Below, one piece after another: positions 8,219 through 25,516 of a stretch of 64,000 bases of DNA (within the stretch, counting starts at the first letter, position 1; each line of letters starts with the position of its first letter). Position numbers and translations under genes: made by a program. The notes below the pieces were generated by a model that saw only the letters and a program-made list of their open reading frames with translations, was not told the DNA's origin and made no database searches. This DNA is from Planctomycetota bacterium (lineage in GTDB: Bacteria; Planctomycetota; SZUA-567; H5-PLA8), in contig JBBRPR010000015.1 in NCBI GenBank assembly GCA_038227875.1, forward strand, positions 95,675 to 159,674, in the 5' to 3' direction.

Positions 8219-8965
8219 TTAAATGGAGAAGTCCTGCGCTGGGCGCTTCATACCGACCATGTGGATACCGCACTCGCTCTTGCCTGTGCCAGTCCAGCGG
8301 CCGGCGCGTTCTGGCGCGTTCTCGCCGACGGGAACCGTGCAGCAAGTTGGCGAGCAGCCGATGGTCTTGTAGCCCAGAGCGTGCAGTGGATGTTGCGGAA
8401 CCTTGTGTTCCTTCAAGTACGCGATGGTCTGCTCGCGCTTCCATGTGGCCAGCGGATGGACCTGGAAGACGCCGTCGAGACGCCGGTCAATGATGCGCGT
8501 GTTGGCGCGGTCGGCCCCCGCGTCGCGCCGCAAGGCGGAGATGCGCGCGCCGTAGCCTTTCAGCGCCTGTTCAATCGGTTCGACCTTGTTGATGCGGCAG
8601 CATTCCGTCTTGTTGCGCTCATACAATTTGTCGTCGCCATAAAAGCGAATGAAATCTTCGCGCGTGATCGGCGACTTGGCCGTGATCAGATTGACCTTGT
8701 AGCGCTCCATCACCTGATCGCGGAAGTCGAGCGTCTCTTTGAAATGAAATCCGGTGTCGACAAAGATCAACGGCACTGTCGGATCGATTTTGCTGAGCAT
8801 ATCGATGAGCAGCATGCCGCCGAGCTGAAACGAGGTGCTCATACACAACGTCCCGCGAAACTGTTCGACCGACCAGCGCAGAATTTCTTCCGGCGTGGCG
8901 GATTCAAACGCGACGTTCTGCGCTTCGAGATCGAATGACTTTTCGGGTTCGGCGATGGCACTCAT
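8219..8965 (-). CDS. cysH: Adenylyl/phosphoadenylyl-sulfate reductase
   Basis: STSF, FVDTGFHFKET, CCRINKVEP, GYKTIGC..C, ERAGRW...KSECGIH. Confidence 0.92.
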   Translation of the reverse strand: MSAIAEPEKSFDLEAQNVAFESATPEEILRWSVEQFRGTLCMSTSFQLGGMLLIDMLSKIDPTVPLIFVDTGFHFKETLDFRDQVMERYKVNLITAKSPITREDFIRFYGDDKLYERNKTECCRINKVEPIEQALKGYGARISALRRDAGADRANTRIIDRRLDGVFQVHPLATWKREQTIAYLKEHKVPQHPLHALGYKTIGCSPTCCTVPVGENAPERAGRWTGTGKSECGIHMVGMKRPAQDFSI

Positions 8966-9032
8966 GGATCAGCTCCGTTCTTCCCTCTATCGTACAATAT
9001 GGGAACGCAGGCGCAAGAAAGAGCCTCTAAAT

Positions 9033-9172
9033 CTCACGCAAAGATGCTAAGAACGGCGGGAATGGGGTTTAGGGAATCGGGATTCGCGATGCGGAAGCGC
9101 GACGAGTCCCGAATCCCCATTCCCGAATCCCGGTCGTTAGCTGTTCTTGGCGACTTTGCGGTGTTGCGTGAG
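9033..9172. repeat. Nested inverted repeats (outer CACGCAAAG type, inner GGGAATC/G heptamers)
   Basis: ctcacgcaaagatgctaagaacggc / gctgttcttggcgactttgcggtgttgcgtgag enclosing gggaatggggtttagggaatcgggattc / gagtcccgaatccccattcccgaatccc. Confidence 0.7.
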
Positions 9173-9180
9173 TGAGCAGT

Positions 9181-9966
9181 TCAGGGCGCGTCGGGCTTCC
9201 AGAATTCCACCCACGTCGTGTTCGTGTGCCGGATCCGCACGTCTTCCTTGGGCAGCGGAATCTGGCCTTTGGGGTGGGGGACGACTTTGGTGGTGCCGGC
9301 GACGGTCTTGGGCAGCGGCGGCTGGAACTGCCAGAACCAATTGCTCTGCTGGTACGGAGCCAGGCGGTGCGCGCGGTAGTAGTTCAGCCACGTGCGCTGA
9401 TCGGGCGGCAGGTCGACGGCCATCATCTTGACCAGCTCGCGGTGAGCGATGCCGGCGATTTCGGGGAAGTCTTCGTCGACGCGCAGCTTCATGATCAGGC
9501 GCGGTACGTACGAATCGTCGCCGAGGTCCCAGAGTGCTCCAACGGCTTCGATGCCCACGCGGGTCTGATCCCAGCGGGCGATGTGGCGCAGCGTCGGCAC
9601 GGCACGGACGTCGCCGGCGGCGGAGAGCGCCTGCATCACGCGGATCTGCAGAAAGCGGTCGTCTTCTTTCTTCAGGCGTTCCATCAGGAAGTCGAACATC
9701 GCCGGATCGTTGGAGCGCTGGATAACGTCGAGCGCTTCCAGACGTTCGGCGCGCGAACCGAGCGTGGCCTTGCGCATCAGGTATTCGCGGTCGGAAAGTT
9801 GCGCGGTGTCGCGGGGCGTGGTGGTCAGAATGCGGTCACGGTCGCCCAGCACCACCTTGGGCTTGCCGCTGGAATCCGGAGCGGAGCCGACGTAGGCGGT
9901 ACTCGGCGCACACGACGGCAACAAAGCCAGCGTGGCGGCGGCAACAAACAGGCGAATCGGGTTCAT
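9181..9966 (-). CDS. HEAT-repeat lipoprotein
   Basis: Lipobox-like LLPSC; HEAT/PBS-like repeats (IRVMQALSAAGDVRAVPTL, AVGALWDLGD). Confidence 0.7.
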   Translation of the reverse strand: MNPIRLFVAAATLALLPSCAPSTAYVGSAPDSSGKPKVVLGDRDRILTTTPRDTAQLSDREYLMRKATLGSRAERLEALDVIQRSNDPAMFDFLMERLKKEDDRFLQIRVMQALSAAGDVRAVPTLRHIARWDQTRVGIEAVGALWDLGDDSYVPRLIMKLRVDEDFPEIAGIAHRELVKMMAVDLPPDQRTWLNYYRAHRLAPYQQSNWFWQFQPPLPKTVAGTTKVVPHPKGQIPLPKEDVRIRHTNTTWVEFWKPDAP

Positions 9967-10086
9967 TGGGAACAGAGTCTAACCCCTACGCAAAAATCCT
10001 CAAGGAACTGTCGCACCGCATGCTTTCAACGGCGTAACCTGCGATACGGTATCGGCAAAGTACAGACGCCGCTGGCGCGAATCTTA

Positions 10087-11298
10087 TCAATCGACTTTGG
10101 AGAGATCTTTCATGGCCTTGAGAAGTGAGTCGACTTCGTGCGCGGTGTGCGAGGCGCTCATACTGATCCGCAGGCGCGCCTGGCCGCGTTTGACTGTCGG
10201 AAAGCGGATTGCCGGGACGTAAAATCCCGCCTCGAAAATGCGCCGCGACCATTCCACGGCGCGCTGTTCGGACTCGGTGATCACGGGCACAATCGGGCCG
10301 CTGCCTTCCGGGCACATCAGGCCGATTTCTTTGAGACCCGCGCGGATTTTCACGGCCAGTTCCAGCACGTGCGTGCGGCGCTGCGGTTCCTTGTCGATCA
10401 GTTCCAGCGCGGCGTTGGCTGACGCCGCGGAGACCGGCGAGAGCGCCGTAGAGAACATGTACGGCCGGCCGGCGTGGAGGATCGTCGAAATGATTTCGTG
10501 GCGCGCGCAGATAAAGCCACCCTGACTAGCCAGCGCCTTGGAGAGCGTGCCCAGCGCGATGACGTGACGCGGCAGGCCGCGGTTGGCGGCGGTCATCTCT
10601 TCCAATCCGCCGCGGCCGTTGGGTCCGAGAATGCCGGTGGCGTGCGCTTCATCGAGCAGCAGCAGGGCGCCGGCGGCGTCGGCGATCTCGACGAGGTCCT
10701 CCAGCGGGGCGGTGTCTCCGTCCATCGAGTAGATCGATTCGGCGATGATCAGACAGCGGTTGCCGCGCTCTTTTTCGAGCAGCTTATCGAGGTCTTCCAT
10801 ATCGTTGTGCTTGAAGACGCGCAGCCGCGCACCGGATAGTTTCGCGCCGTCGAGCAGCGAGGCGTGGCAGAGCCGGTCGACGAGAATCGTGTCGGCTTCG
10901 TTGGTCAGCGCAACGATGGTTGCGACGGAGGCTTGGAATCCAGACGGGAAGACGAGCGCGCCTTCGCTCTGCTTAAACGCGGCGAGGCGGTTTTCGAGCC
11001 ACTGGTGTTCGCTCTTGTAACCGGTGATCAGCGGACTGGCGCCCGAGCCGCTGCCGCTGGCGTGGAGCGCTTTTTCAGCGATCTCCGCGATGTGTGGGTG
11101 GCCAGCGAGGCCGAGGTAATCGTTGCTCGCAAACGAGACCACCGACGCGCCGTTGATCTTCAGGTGGACGCCGTGGCCTTCCACCATTTTCAGTTCGCGC
11201 GCGAGGCCCTCATCGGACCACTGCTGCAGGCGCTCCAGAAGGTACTGGTCCCAGGGGTGAGGTTGATCGGGTTGCGTCATGTTGGTTTTCAGCTCCAT
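10087..11298 (-). CDS. bioF: 8-amino-7-oxononanoate synthase
   Basis: FASNDYLGL, DRLCHASLLDG, ESIYSMDGD, DEAHATG, GTLSKALASQGG (PLP Lys). Confidence 0.92.
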   Translation of the reverse strand: MELKTNMTQPDQPHPWDQYLLERLQQWSDEGLARELKMVEGHGVHLKINGASVVSFASNDYLGLAGHPHIAEIAEKALHASGSGSGASPLITGYKSEHQWLENRLAAFKQSEGALVFPSGFQASVATIVALTNEADTILVDRLCHASLLDGAKLSGARLRVFKHNDMEDLDKLLEKERGNRCLIIAESIYSMDGDTAPLEDLVEIADAAGALLLLDEAHATGILGPNGRGGLEEMTAANRGLPRHVIALGTLSKALASQGGFICARHEIISTILHAGRPYMFSTALSPVSAASANAALELIDKEPQRRTHVLELAVKIRAGLKEIGLMCPEGSGPIVPVITESEQRAVEWSRRIFEAGFYVPAIRFPTVKRGQARLRISMSASHTAHEVDSLLKAMKDLSKVD

Positions 11299-12453
11299 TT
11301 ATTCACAGGGGACCCAGGCGTCCTTGCAGTAAACAACATCTCGAATGGTCGGTGCGATTGCGCGGGCCAGCGCCGCGTAGCCGGCGTCGTTCATGTGGAC
11401 GCCGTCGATGAACAGGGAGGGATCGCTGGGCAGATCTTCGGGCGTGATGTAGCGCGACGAGGCCGTGGCAGAAGCTGTCTGCAACAGACATTTATCGAAG
11501 TCGAGAATTCCGCGATAAAGATCGGCGCGCGACGCCGCTGGAAAAGCGTGTAGGCGGTTAGCAGCTTGCTTGCGCGCAAGCGGTGACAGGTTTTGCGGTT
11601 CCGCGCGAAGCGGAGTAGCCAGGCCTAGTACTACCGGCGATACGCCGCTGTCCTGGCAGAGCTTCAACTCTTGCGTCAGAGTGGCGGTAAATTTGTTGAT
11701 GACGTCGACGCGGAATGTTTTCAGGCCTTTGCGCTGGTCCAATTCTTCGTCGGATGGCGGGGAAGGGCGGGGGGTGACCAGGTCGCGAATGTACTCCGCC
11801 ACGCGGCAACTGCCGGTTTTTTGATACGTGTTGGCGAGATTCGCGAGGAGCTTGTTCTTCTTTGATTTCTTCGCCGGCTGCGACATGTAGTGGCCCCAGT
11901 CGGGCCAGCCGCTCCAGATGATGACGATGTCGGGATTCAGGCGCGGCAGATCCTCTTTTAAGATCTGGAGTTCGTTCTCGGAATTGTTGCCCGGCACGCC
12001 GGCGTTGATCACTTCGATTCTCGTGCCGGGGAGCAGCGTCGTCAGCTCCGCCTCAAGCTGCGCGGGATAAGCCTTTCCGTCCGTCGATGCGCCCCAGCCA
12101 AACGTGGTCGAGGAGCCGAGGCAGTAGACGCGGAGCCGTCCCGGCTTGCGTTCGTTGCCGAGCGTGGGTTCCGGGCCGCGGAAACCGAGGCTGTTGACGG
12201 AGAGTTTTCCCAGGCGCGCGCCACGGCCTTCGACGGTGTCCGCGTAATCAATGTCGCTCAGCGGCTGAGGCGCCATGCGGCTGTTGTCGAGCTTGGCCCA
12301 CTTGCGCGGGATGATGTACGTCTTGACCGCTTGCGCGCAGAGTTCGAGCAGGACCATCGCGAGCAGCAACGCGATGCCGGAACGGACGATCCGTTTCAGC
12401 GGAAACGCTGGCACTGCAGGCGCAGCAGGCAAAGCGGTGGCGGCAGAAGTCAT
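11299..12453 (-). CDS. Membrane-anchored SGNH/GDSL hydrolase family protein
   Basis: N-terminal TM helix, NSLGFRG, CLGSSTTFG, INAGVPG, DGVHMN. Confidence 0.8.
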   Translation of the reverse strand: MTSAATALPAAPAVPAFPLKRIVRSGIALLLAMVLLELCAQAVKTYIIPRKWAKLDNSRMAPQPLSDIDYADTVEGRGARLGKLSVNSLGFRGPEPTLGNERKPGRLRVYCLGSSTTFGWGASTDGKAYPAQLEAELTTLLPGTRIEVINAGVPGNNSENELQILKEDLPRLNPDIVIIWSGWPDWGHYMSQPAKKSKKNKLLANLANTYQKTGSCRVAEYIRDLVTPRPSPPSDEELDQRKGLKTFRVDVINKFTATLTQELKLCQDSGVSPVVLGLATPLRAEPQNLSPLARKQAANRLHAFPAASRADLYRGILDFDKCLLQTASATASSRYITPEDLPSDPSLFIDGVHMNDAGYAALARAIAPTIRDVVYCKDAWVPCE

Positions 12454-12498
12454 GGAGTGCGCGTTATATCACGCGGCGGAGCGGGGTCGATGAAGACT

Positions 12499-13374
12499 TC
12501 ACTTTTTTCGGCCGAGAAAATAGACGTTCGACGCCGTGCGGTCGACGTTGCGCGAACGGGCGGCGAAGAAATCCAGAAACTTGTACGGCCACAGCAGCCA
12601 CCCCAGCGTGAAGCGGACCGCGTTGTAGAGGACGAAACTCGAGAACGCCGATCCGATCAGCGTCGGCGTGATCGCGACGTAGGCCGAGAAGGGTCCACCG
12701 CACGCGCCGGATTCGAGCGTCTCGAATCCGGAGAATTCGGCCTGCAGACCTTCGCGCGTCCAGCGTTTTCGGTCGAGCGGGTCGGGATGCGTGGGAAACA
12801 TGAACGGCACAGAGATGTACGCGATGCCGCCGGGTTTGAGTACACGCGAAATCTCCGCGATGCAGGCGTGCGCATCGCCGACATGTTCCAGCACGGACGT
12901 GCAGATGACGCCGTCCACGGACGCGTCAGCGAAGGGCAGGTTCTGGATGTCGGCGATCAAGTCGATGCTCGGATTTGACGCCGTGTGATCGGCGGGGAGC
13001 ATCAGATCCACGTTCACGACCCTGTCGCCCCAGATTGAGGCTTTCGAGCCAAGATTCAGCACCAGCGGCCCGGTTAGCAGTTCACGGACCTTGGCGTGGC
13101 GTGTGGATTCGAAGGGATCGTAAATCGGGTTGGGCGGAATGAGCGCCCGGGCGAGGCGATTCTGCCGCAGGCCTTCGTGCGGCGCTTTGAATCCCGCCAC
13201 GCGCGCATCGAGTGCCGCGACGCGCTCCGGCTTGAGCATCCGCGGGACGCCTTGCAGAAATTCGAAATTCGCGCCGCACGCCGCGCATTTGACGCGGTTC
13301 GCTTCGGACACGATCCGGCCGTGGCAGGCAGGGCAGGCGAGCTGTGGAGTCAAGGCATCGGGGGCCGTGGGCAT
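12499..13374 (-). CDS. Class I SAM-dependent methyltransferase with Trm112-like zinc-ribbon N-terminus
   Basis: LACPACHG..CAACG..F...GVPRM; VLNLGS, LPFADASVDGVIC..VLEHV, RVLKPGG. Confidence 0.85.
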   Translation of the reverse strand: MPTAPDALTPQLACPACHGRIVSEANRVKCAACGANFEFLQGVPRMLKPERVAALDARVAGFKAPHEGLRQNRLARALIPPNPIYDPFESTRHAKVRELLTGPLVLNLGSKASIWGDRVVNVDLMLPADHTASNPSIDLIADIQNLPFADASVDGVICTSVLEHVGDAHACIAEISRVLKPGGIAYISVPFMFPTHPDPLDRKRWTREGLQAEFSGFETLESGACGGPFSAYVAITPTLIGSAFSSFVLYNAVRFTLGWLLWPYKFLDFFAARSRNVDRTASNVYFLGRKK

Positions 13375-13494
13375 GCGCCAAAGATGATATGAGCAGGCGG
13401 GAAATGTTGCGAGCTTCGAAATTCCTAAGACTGCAAAGACGGCATGAAGTGCGGCTTGCAAAAACGGGATAGATGGAAGATAAGGTGCCATCTT

Positions 13495-15594
13495 ATGGCA
13501 GAACCGGAAACGAAATCCCGCGACGGCGAAACTGCGCCTGCAGAGAAGGACACGCCCAAGCGCAGCCTGTTTTCTTACGCGGGATTCAACACGCTATTCG
13601 CCGGTTCGCTGTGCGGCACGCTGGCCGACCGGCTCTACCAGATGTCGCTCGTCGCCGCCGCGCTGATCATTTTCGCCGATCCTACCGAACAATCGAATAT
13701 TGGACCGCAGAAGGTCGCGCAGATTCAGATTGTCGGCACCATTCCGGGGTTGTTGTTGTACGCCGCCACCGGGTCGCTGGTCGATTCCTACGATCGCCGC
13801 CGCCTGATGATGTTCATTAAGGGCTTGAAAGTATTCGCGGTGCTGCTGCTGGTTCCGCTGCTCTGGAGTGTCATTCAACTCGACCCGAAAAATCCCAACC
13901 AAGCCTTGCAGGCGCTGCTGAAGAGCAAATGGATCTGGTGTCTGGGTACGGTGGTGCTGCTGAATTTCATCTCCGTGCCGTTTTCACCCTGCCGCGCTGC
14001 CGCCATTCCCGATGTCGCTCCGGACGAACACCGCTCGCTCGGTGCGAGTTTGATGGCGACGACCGGTCTGATCAGCTTACTCGTAGGTACGTTTGTCGGT
14101 GGCGAACTGGCGGCCAGTTCACTTGGTCCCGCGCGCACGGTTCTGATCGCATCGGGCCTCTATGCCGTGGCTTCGTTTCTGTTCTCACGTTTGCCTGACG
14201 CCGTCGCGGTTCCTGGAAACAAGCGCCCGAAGCAGGGCGATCCTAAGGAAGCGGTTCCCGAAAATGCGGGCCTTGCCGGCTATTTGGCCGGAATGTGGGA
14301 AGGCATTGTCTACTGCGCGAAGCGGCCGGCTGTGCTCGGATTGATCTATTTTGAGACGGCGTTCTGGACCGTCGGATCCGCGTTTTACGTGCTGGTTCTG
14401 TTTCACGCCGAGAACGTGTTGAAGCTCGTCGGCAAGGAAGAGACGCTCTTCTTCAGTCGCGCGCTGGGGTGCGCAGGCGTGGGATTGTTCGCCGGAGCGA
14501 TCGGGATCGGGAAAGTGTGCCGCAAGGTCAGCCCGATTGTCACGTACACGCCGGCGTTCATCTTGATCTCCTGCGGGCTGTATGGCGTGTTCCACTCCCA
14601 ACCGGAACCGGGCGTGGGCGGAGCGCCGGGCTGGGTCTATCCCCTGATGTTCGGACTGGGACTGGGTGGCGGGCTGGTGCTGGGCCGCGTCGACGCCGAT
14701 GTGCTGGCGACCGCCGATGCCGAAATCCGCGGCCGTGTGTTCTCGCTGAAAGCGATGGCGTTCGCTGCAACGATTTTGATCACGATGCTGACGATTACCG
14801 AAGCGGGCCTGCCGAAGGAAGACATCGCAAAAATTATCAAGTGGATGCCGCGCGCGCTTTTCCTGTCGCTGCCGCTCGTGTTTCTCTTGAGTTGGATCAT
14901 CGACATCGCCATCTGGTCCAAGCGCGGTGATTCGGAGTTGCCCGGGCCGGTGCATCGCTTTGGCTATCGTGTGCTGCGTCTGATCGGGCGGATTCTGTTC
15001 AAGATTTTCTTTCGCTACGAAGTTCAAGGGCGCGAGAATGTTCCGCTGACCGGGCCGCTGGTGCTCGCCGCCAACCATGCCAGTTTCATCGACCCGATTC
15101 TGCTTGGCTGCACCACCGACCGGCTGGTGCAGTACATCATGTACGCCTCGTATTACCGCTCATTCGCCCATCCGATCTTCCGCTTCCTGCGCTGCATCCC
15201 TGTTGACGAAAAGGACAGCCTTGGCGCGTTGAAGGCGGGCGTTCATTCGTTGAAGGAAGGTGCGTGCATCGGGATTTTCCCGGAAGGCCGCGTCTCTGCC
15301 GACGGCAAGCTCAACCCACCGATGCGCGGCGCGCTGTTTCTGGCGCAGCGTTCCGGAGCTCAGGTCGTCGTCGTGGCATTGAAGGGCAACCACGACGGTC
15401 TGCCGCGTGGCGCGTGGTTTCCGCGCTTTAAAAAGATCATGCCAATCATCGGCAAGCCGTTCACAGTGGCCAAGACGCTCTCGAAAAAAGAGACCGCGGA
15501 ACTCACCGACAACATGATGGCCGAACTTGCCACAAAGCTCGGCACCGAGCCGCCCGAGAAAACTGCCGATAAGATTCCCGAAAAAGGTGAATAA
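13495..15594 (+). CDS. MFS transporter (LplT-like) fused to a PlsC-family acyltransferase
   Basis: Multi-TM MFS domain with GSLVDSYDRRRLM motif A; C-terminal NHASFID and IFPEG acyltransferase motifs. Confidence 0.85.
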   Translation: MAEPETKSRDGETAPAEKDTPKRSLFSYAGFNTLFAGSLCGTLADRLYQMSLVAAALIIFADPTEQSNIGPQKVAQIQIVGTIPGLLLYAATGSLVDSYDRRRLMMFIKGLKVFAVLLLVPLLWSVIQLDPKNPNQALQALLKSKWIWCLGTVVLLNFISVPFSPCRAAAIPDVAPDEHRSLGASLMATTGLISLLVGTFVGGELAASSLGPARTVLIASGLYAVASFLFSRLPDAVAVPGNKRPKQGDPKEAVPENAGLAGYLAGMWEGIVYCAKRPAVLGLIYFETAFWTVGSAFYVLVLFHAENVLKLVGKEETLFFSRALGCAGVGLFAGAIGIGKVCRKVSPIVTYTPAFILISCGLYGVFHSQPEPGVGGAPGWVYPLMFGLGLGGGLVLGRVDADVLATADAEIRGRVFSLKAMAFAATILITMLTITEAGLPKEDIAKIIKWMPRALFLSLPLVFLLSWIIDIAIWSKRGDSELPGPVHRFGYRVLRLIGRILFKIFFRYEVQGRENVPLTGPLVLAANHASFIDPILLGCTTDRLVQYIMYASYYRSFAHPIFRFLRCIPVDEKDSLGALKAGVHSLKEGACIGIFPEGRVSADGKLNPPMRGALFLAQRSGAQVVVVALKGNHDGLPRGAWFPRFKKIMPIIGKPFTVAKTLSKKETAELTDNMMAELATKLGTEPPEKTADKIPEKGE

Positions 15595-15600
15595 CGCTGC

Positions 15601-16725
15601 TTACTTCCGTCCCGCCAGCAGCGGCTTCAGCGCTTCGAATTCGGTCTCTGCAATCAACTGCACGCCGTACGCGCTGGGGTGCATGTCGCCAGGTGACTTG
15701 GCAGTCTTGTCGCTGTTCTCGGTTTCCAGGCGCTTTTCCACATCAGCCAGCGGAATCTTGCGTTCTGCGGCGACATCGCGATGCGCCTGCCAGTAGGCAC
15801 CGTATTGTTTCTGTAATTCCGGATGGCCGCTAACGAACGTGCCTGTGCCGAGCACGATCTGAATGCCAGGATAGTCGCGCTGCAGGTTGTCGCAGAGCGT
15901 GCCGATCAGCTTCTTGAATTCGTCCGCGGGATAAAAGCGCGAATCGTTCCCGCCGTACCGGATCACGGCGATGTCCACCTTCTTCAGGTTTTCGTGGATG
16001 ACCTTGTCGTAGCGCTTGGAATCGAGCAGGTCCTTGATGTACTCGCCGTCCGCTCCGACATTGAGGTTGCGCACTTTCAGGGCGGGGAATTCCTTGACGA
16101 TACGGGCATCCAGCAGCGCGTTGACTCGTTCCGTGAACGGCAAGTACGACGTAATCGTGATGCTGTCGCCGATATGCAGGATGACAGTCTCGGACTTGTC
16201 CGGCGCCGATGAACCCACGGACGTTAGTGCGATAGTGCGGAATGCGCACGAACCGGGAGCCTCGCCGTCGAGCCGCACCGCGACAAACGCGTTGTCGGGA
16301 AGTTCGCCCGCATCAAAGACCAGCGTTTCCGTGCGCCATTCTTTCGATGCTGGCAGCGGGCAGCACGATGTCGCCCAGCTTTTCGAGACCTCCGCGAATT
16401 TTGGATCGGTTGAGGCGGCGGGCTTGAATGTCATTGCCGCTGCGTCGCCTTTGTACTCCACCGACAGATGGTAGAGCGTCTCGTGTTTCAGTTTAAGATT
16501 GTATTGCGTTGCGCCCGCCGCCGCTTTTGGGGTCTTGCGCGTCAACACCAGCGCTTTCTTGCCATCCACATCGGCCACAACCGCGGTCCGGTCATTGTCA
16601 TTGGCCAGATCTGACCAGCCATTTACGCCGTCCGCGAAATCCCCGTTCTTTATGACATTTTCGCCGGCGGCAGCGAAACGCATGGAAACAACTATCACGC
16701 TTAAACAATAAAGAACGCGGTACAT
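15601..16725 (-). CDS. Secreted SGNH hydrolase with an N-terminal carbohydrate-binding-like domain
   Basis: Signal peptide; NVIKNGDF..G..GW (CBM4/9-like); GDSIT, GGND, DMHP. Confidence 0.8.
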   Translation of the reverse strand: MYRVLYCLSVIVVSMRFAAAGENVIKNGDFADGVNGWSDLANDNDRTAVVADVDGKKALVLTRKTPKAAAGATQYNLKLKHETLYHLSVEYKGDAAAMTFKPAASTDPKFAEVSKSWATSCCPLPASKEWRTETLVFDAGELPDNAFVAVRLDGEAPGSCAFRTIALTSVGSSAPDKSETVILHIGDSITITSYLPFTERVNALLDARIVKEFPALKVRNLNVGADGEYIKDLLDSKRYDKVIHENLKKVDIAVIRYGGNDSRFYPADEFKKLIGTLCDNLQRDYPGIQIVLGTGTFVSGHPELQKQYGAYWQAHRDVAAERKIPLADVEKRLETENSDKTAKSPGDMHPSAYGVQLIAETEFEALKPLLAGRK

Positions 16726-16838
16726 GGAACCTCCAATTTGCTGCAGGGCGTACGTAAGAGGGGTTAACACTGATATAGCCTTTTGAGATAATGAGAACGA
16801 GTGTAAATAAAAGGTCGCGCGGCCAATCCCTTTTCCCC

Positions 16839-16867
16839 TTGACTTCACTCACCTTGCGCGATTTAAT
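16839..16867 (+). promoter_or_regulatory. Sigma70-type promoter upstream of rpoB
   Basis: TTGACT (16839-44), 17-bp spacer, TTTAAT (16862-67). Confidence 0.75.
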
Positions 16868-16873
16868 AGCCAA

Positions 16874-17110
16874 CGTTGGGCTGATTGGCACTCGGGCGTC
16901 GATGGGTTTCCCCCTGCTTGCCGCAAGCCTAAACCCTCAGGGAAACCCTCGCAGTACGAGTTTTCACCTGCGCCGTCGAGGCCCGGGACGAATGAAAACT
17001 CGAAAAGAAAGAGTGCGACCATTAGCAGGTCGGTAGACTGTTTTAGCAGAAAAGCTTAGGGACTACAGAGCGTGCTTAAACGAGCACTCTTCTGTATAGT
17101 CCCTTTTTGT
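16874..17110 (+). ncRNA. Putative structured rpoB leader RNA or small RNA
   Basis: Several complementary stems and a possible pseudoknot between the promoter and a terminator; no family recognised. Confidence 0.5.
17058..17110 (+). terminator. Intrinsic terminator/attenuator in the rpoB leader
   Basis: AGGGACTACAGAG.GTGCTT-AAAC-GAGCAC..TCTG..TAGTCCCT followed by TTTT. Confidence 0.7.
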
Positions 17111-17245
17111 CATTTCTGAATTTTGTTTTTTGTTAGTGTTTCGGCGCAGTGCAGTGCGTACAAGCGGATTCGTCCAAGTCGAAAAACGGTTGAACTTGAA
17201 GTTCAAACGTGTAACGAAATAGAAAACAGGAGCGCAAAGAGCCTC

Positions 17246-20959
<3,714 letters not shown>

Positions 20960-21054
20960 GCGGCATCGCAAACCGGCAATCTGTAAAGATGTGCAGTACC
21001 TGTGACATTGAACACTGAATAATAAATGGAAGATGGCAGCCAGGAGACATTCTG

Positions 21055-25302
<4,248 letters not shown>

Positions 25303-25339
25303 GTAAAGCAACGCAGGCATCCAGCCTGCATAAAGAACT

Positions 25340-25376
25340 CGGGCGGGAGATTCGCAAGAATCTCCCGCCCGTTTCA
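25340..25376 (+). terminator. Intrinsic terminator after rpoC
   Basis: CGGGCGGGAGATTC-GCAA-GAATCTCCCGCCCG followed by TTTC. Confidence 0.85.
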
Positions 25377-25394
25377 TTAGCGGCCTTACGGCCG

Positions 25395-25424
25395 AGGGGC
25401 CAGGGGTCAGGGGCCAGGGGTCAG
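25395..25424. repeat. Heptamer tandem repeat (AGGGGYC)x4
   Basis: aggggcc-aggggtc-aggggcc-aggggtc-ag; same unit occurs at 51647-51664. Confidence 0.85.
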
Positions 25425-25516
25425 AATAGAGCGGCAGCAAGGCGAGCTTGCCCGCGCTGAGTCATTTGGAGGGTCTACCTCAGCCGGATGCGTATCTTCA
25501 CTTCCGCACGCTACCT

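Noticed and set aside
16876..17110. tmRNA, RNase P RNA, SRP RNA or hammerhead ribozyme
   Set aside because: The GGGCTGATT start resembles tmRNA but there is no T-arm/CCA end or tag ORF; RNase P, SRP and CUGANGA core motifs are not found.
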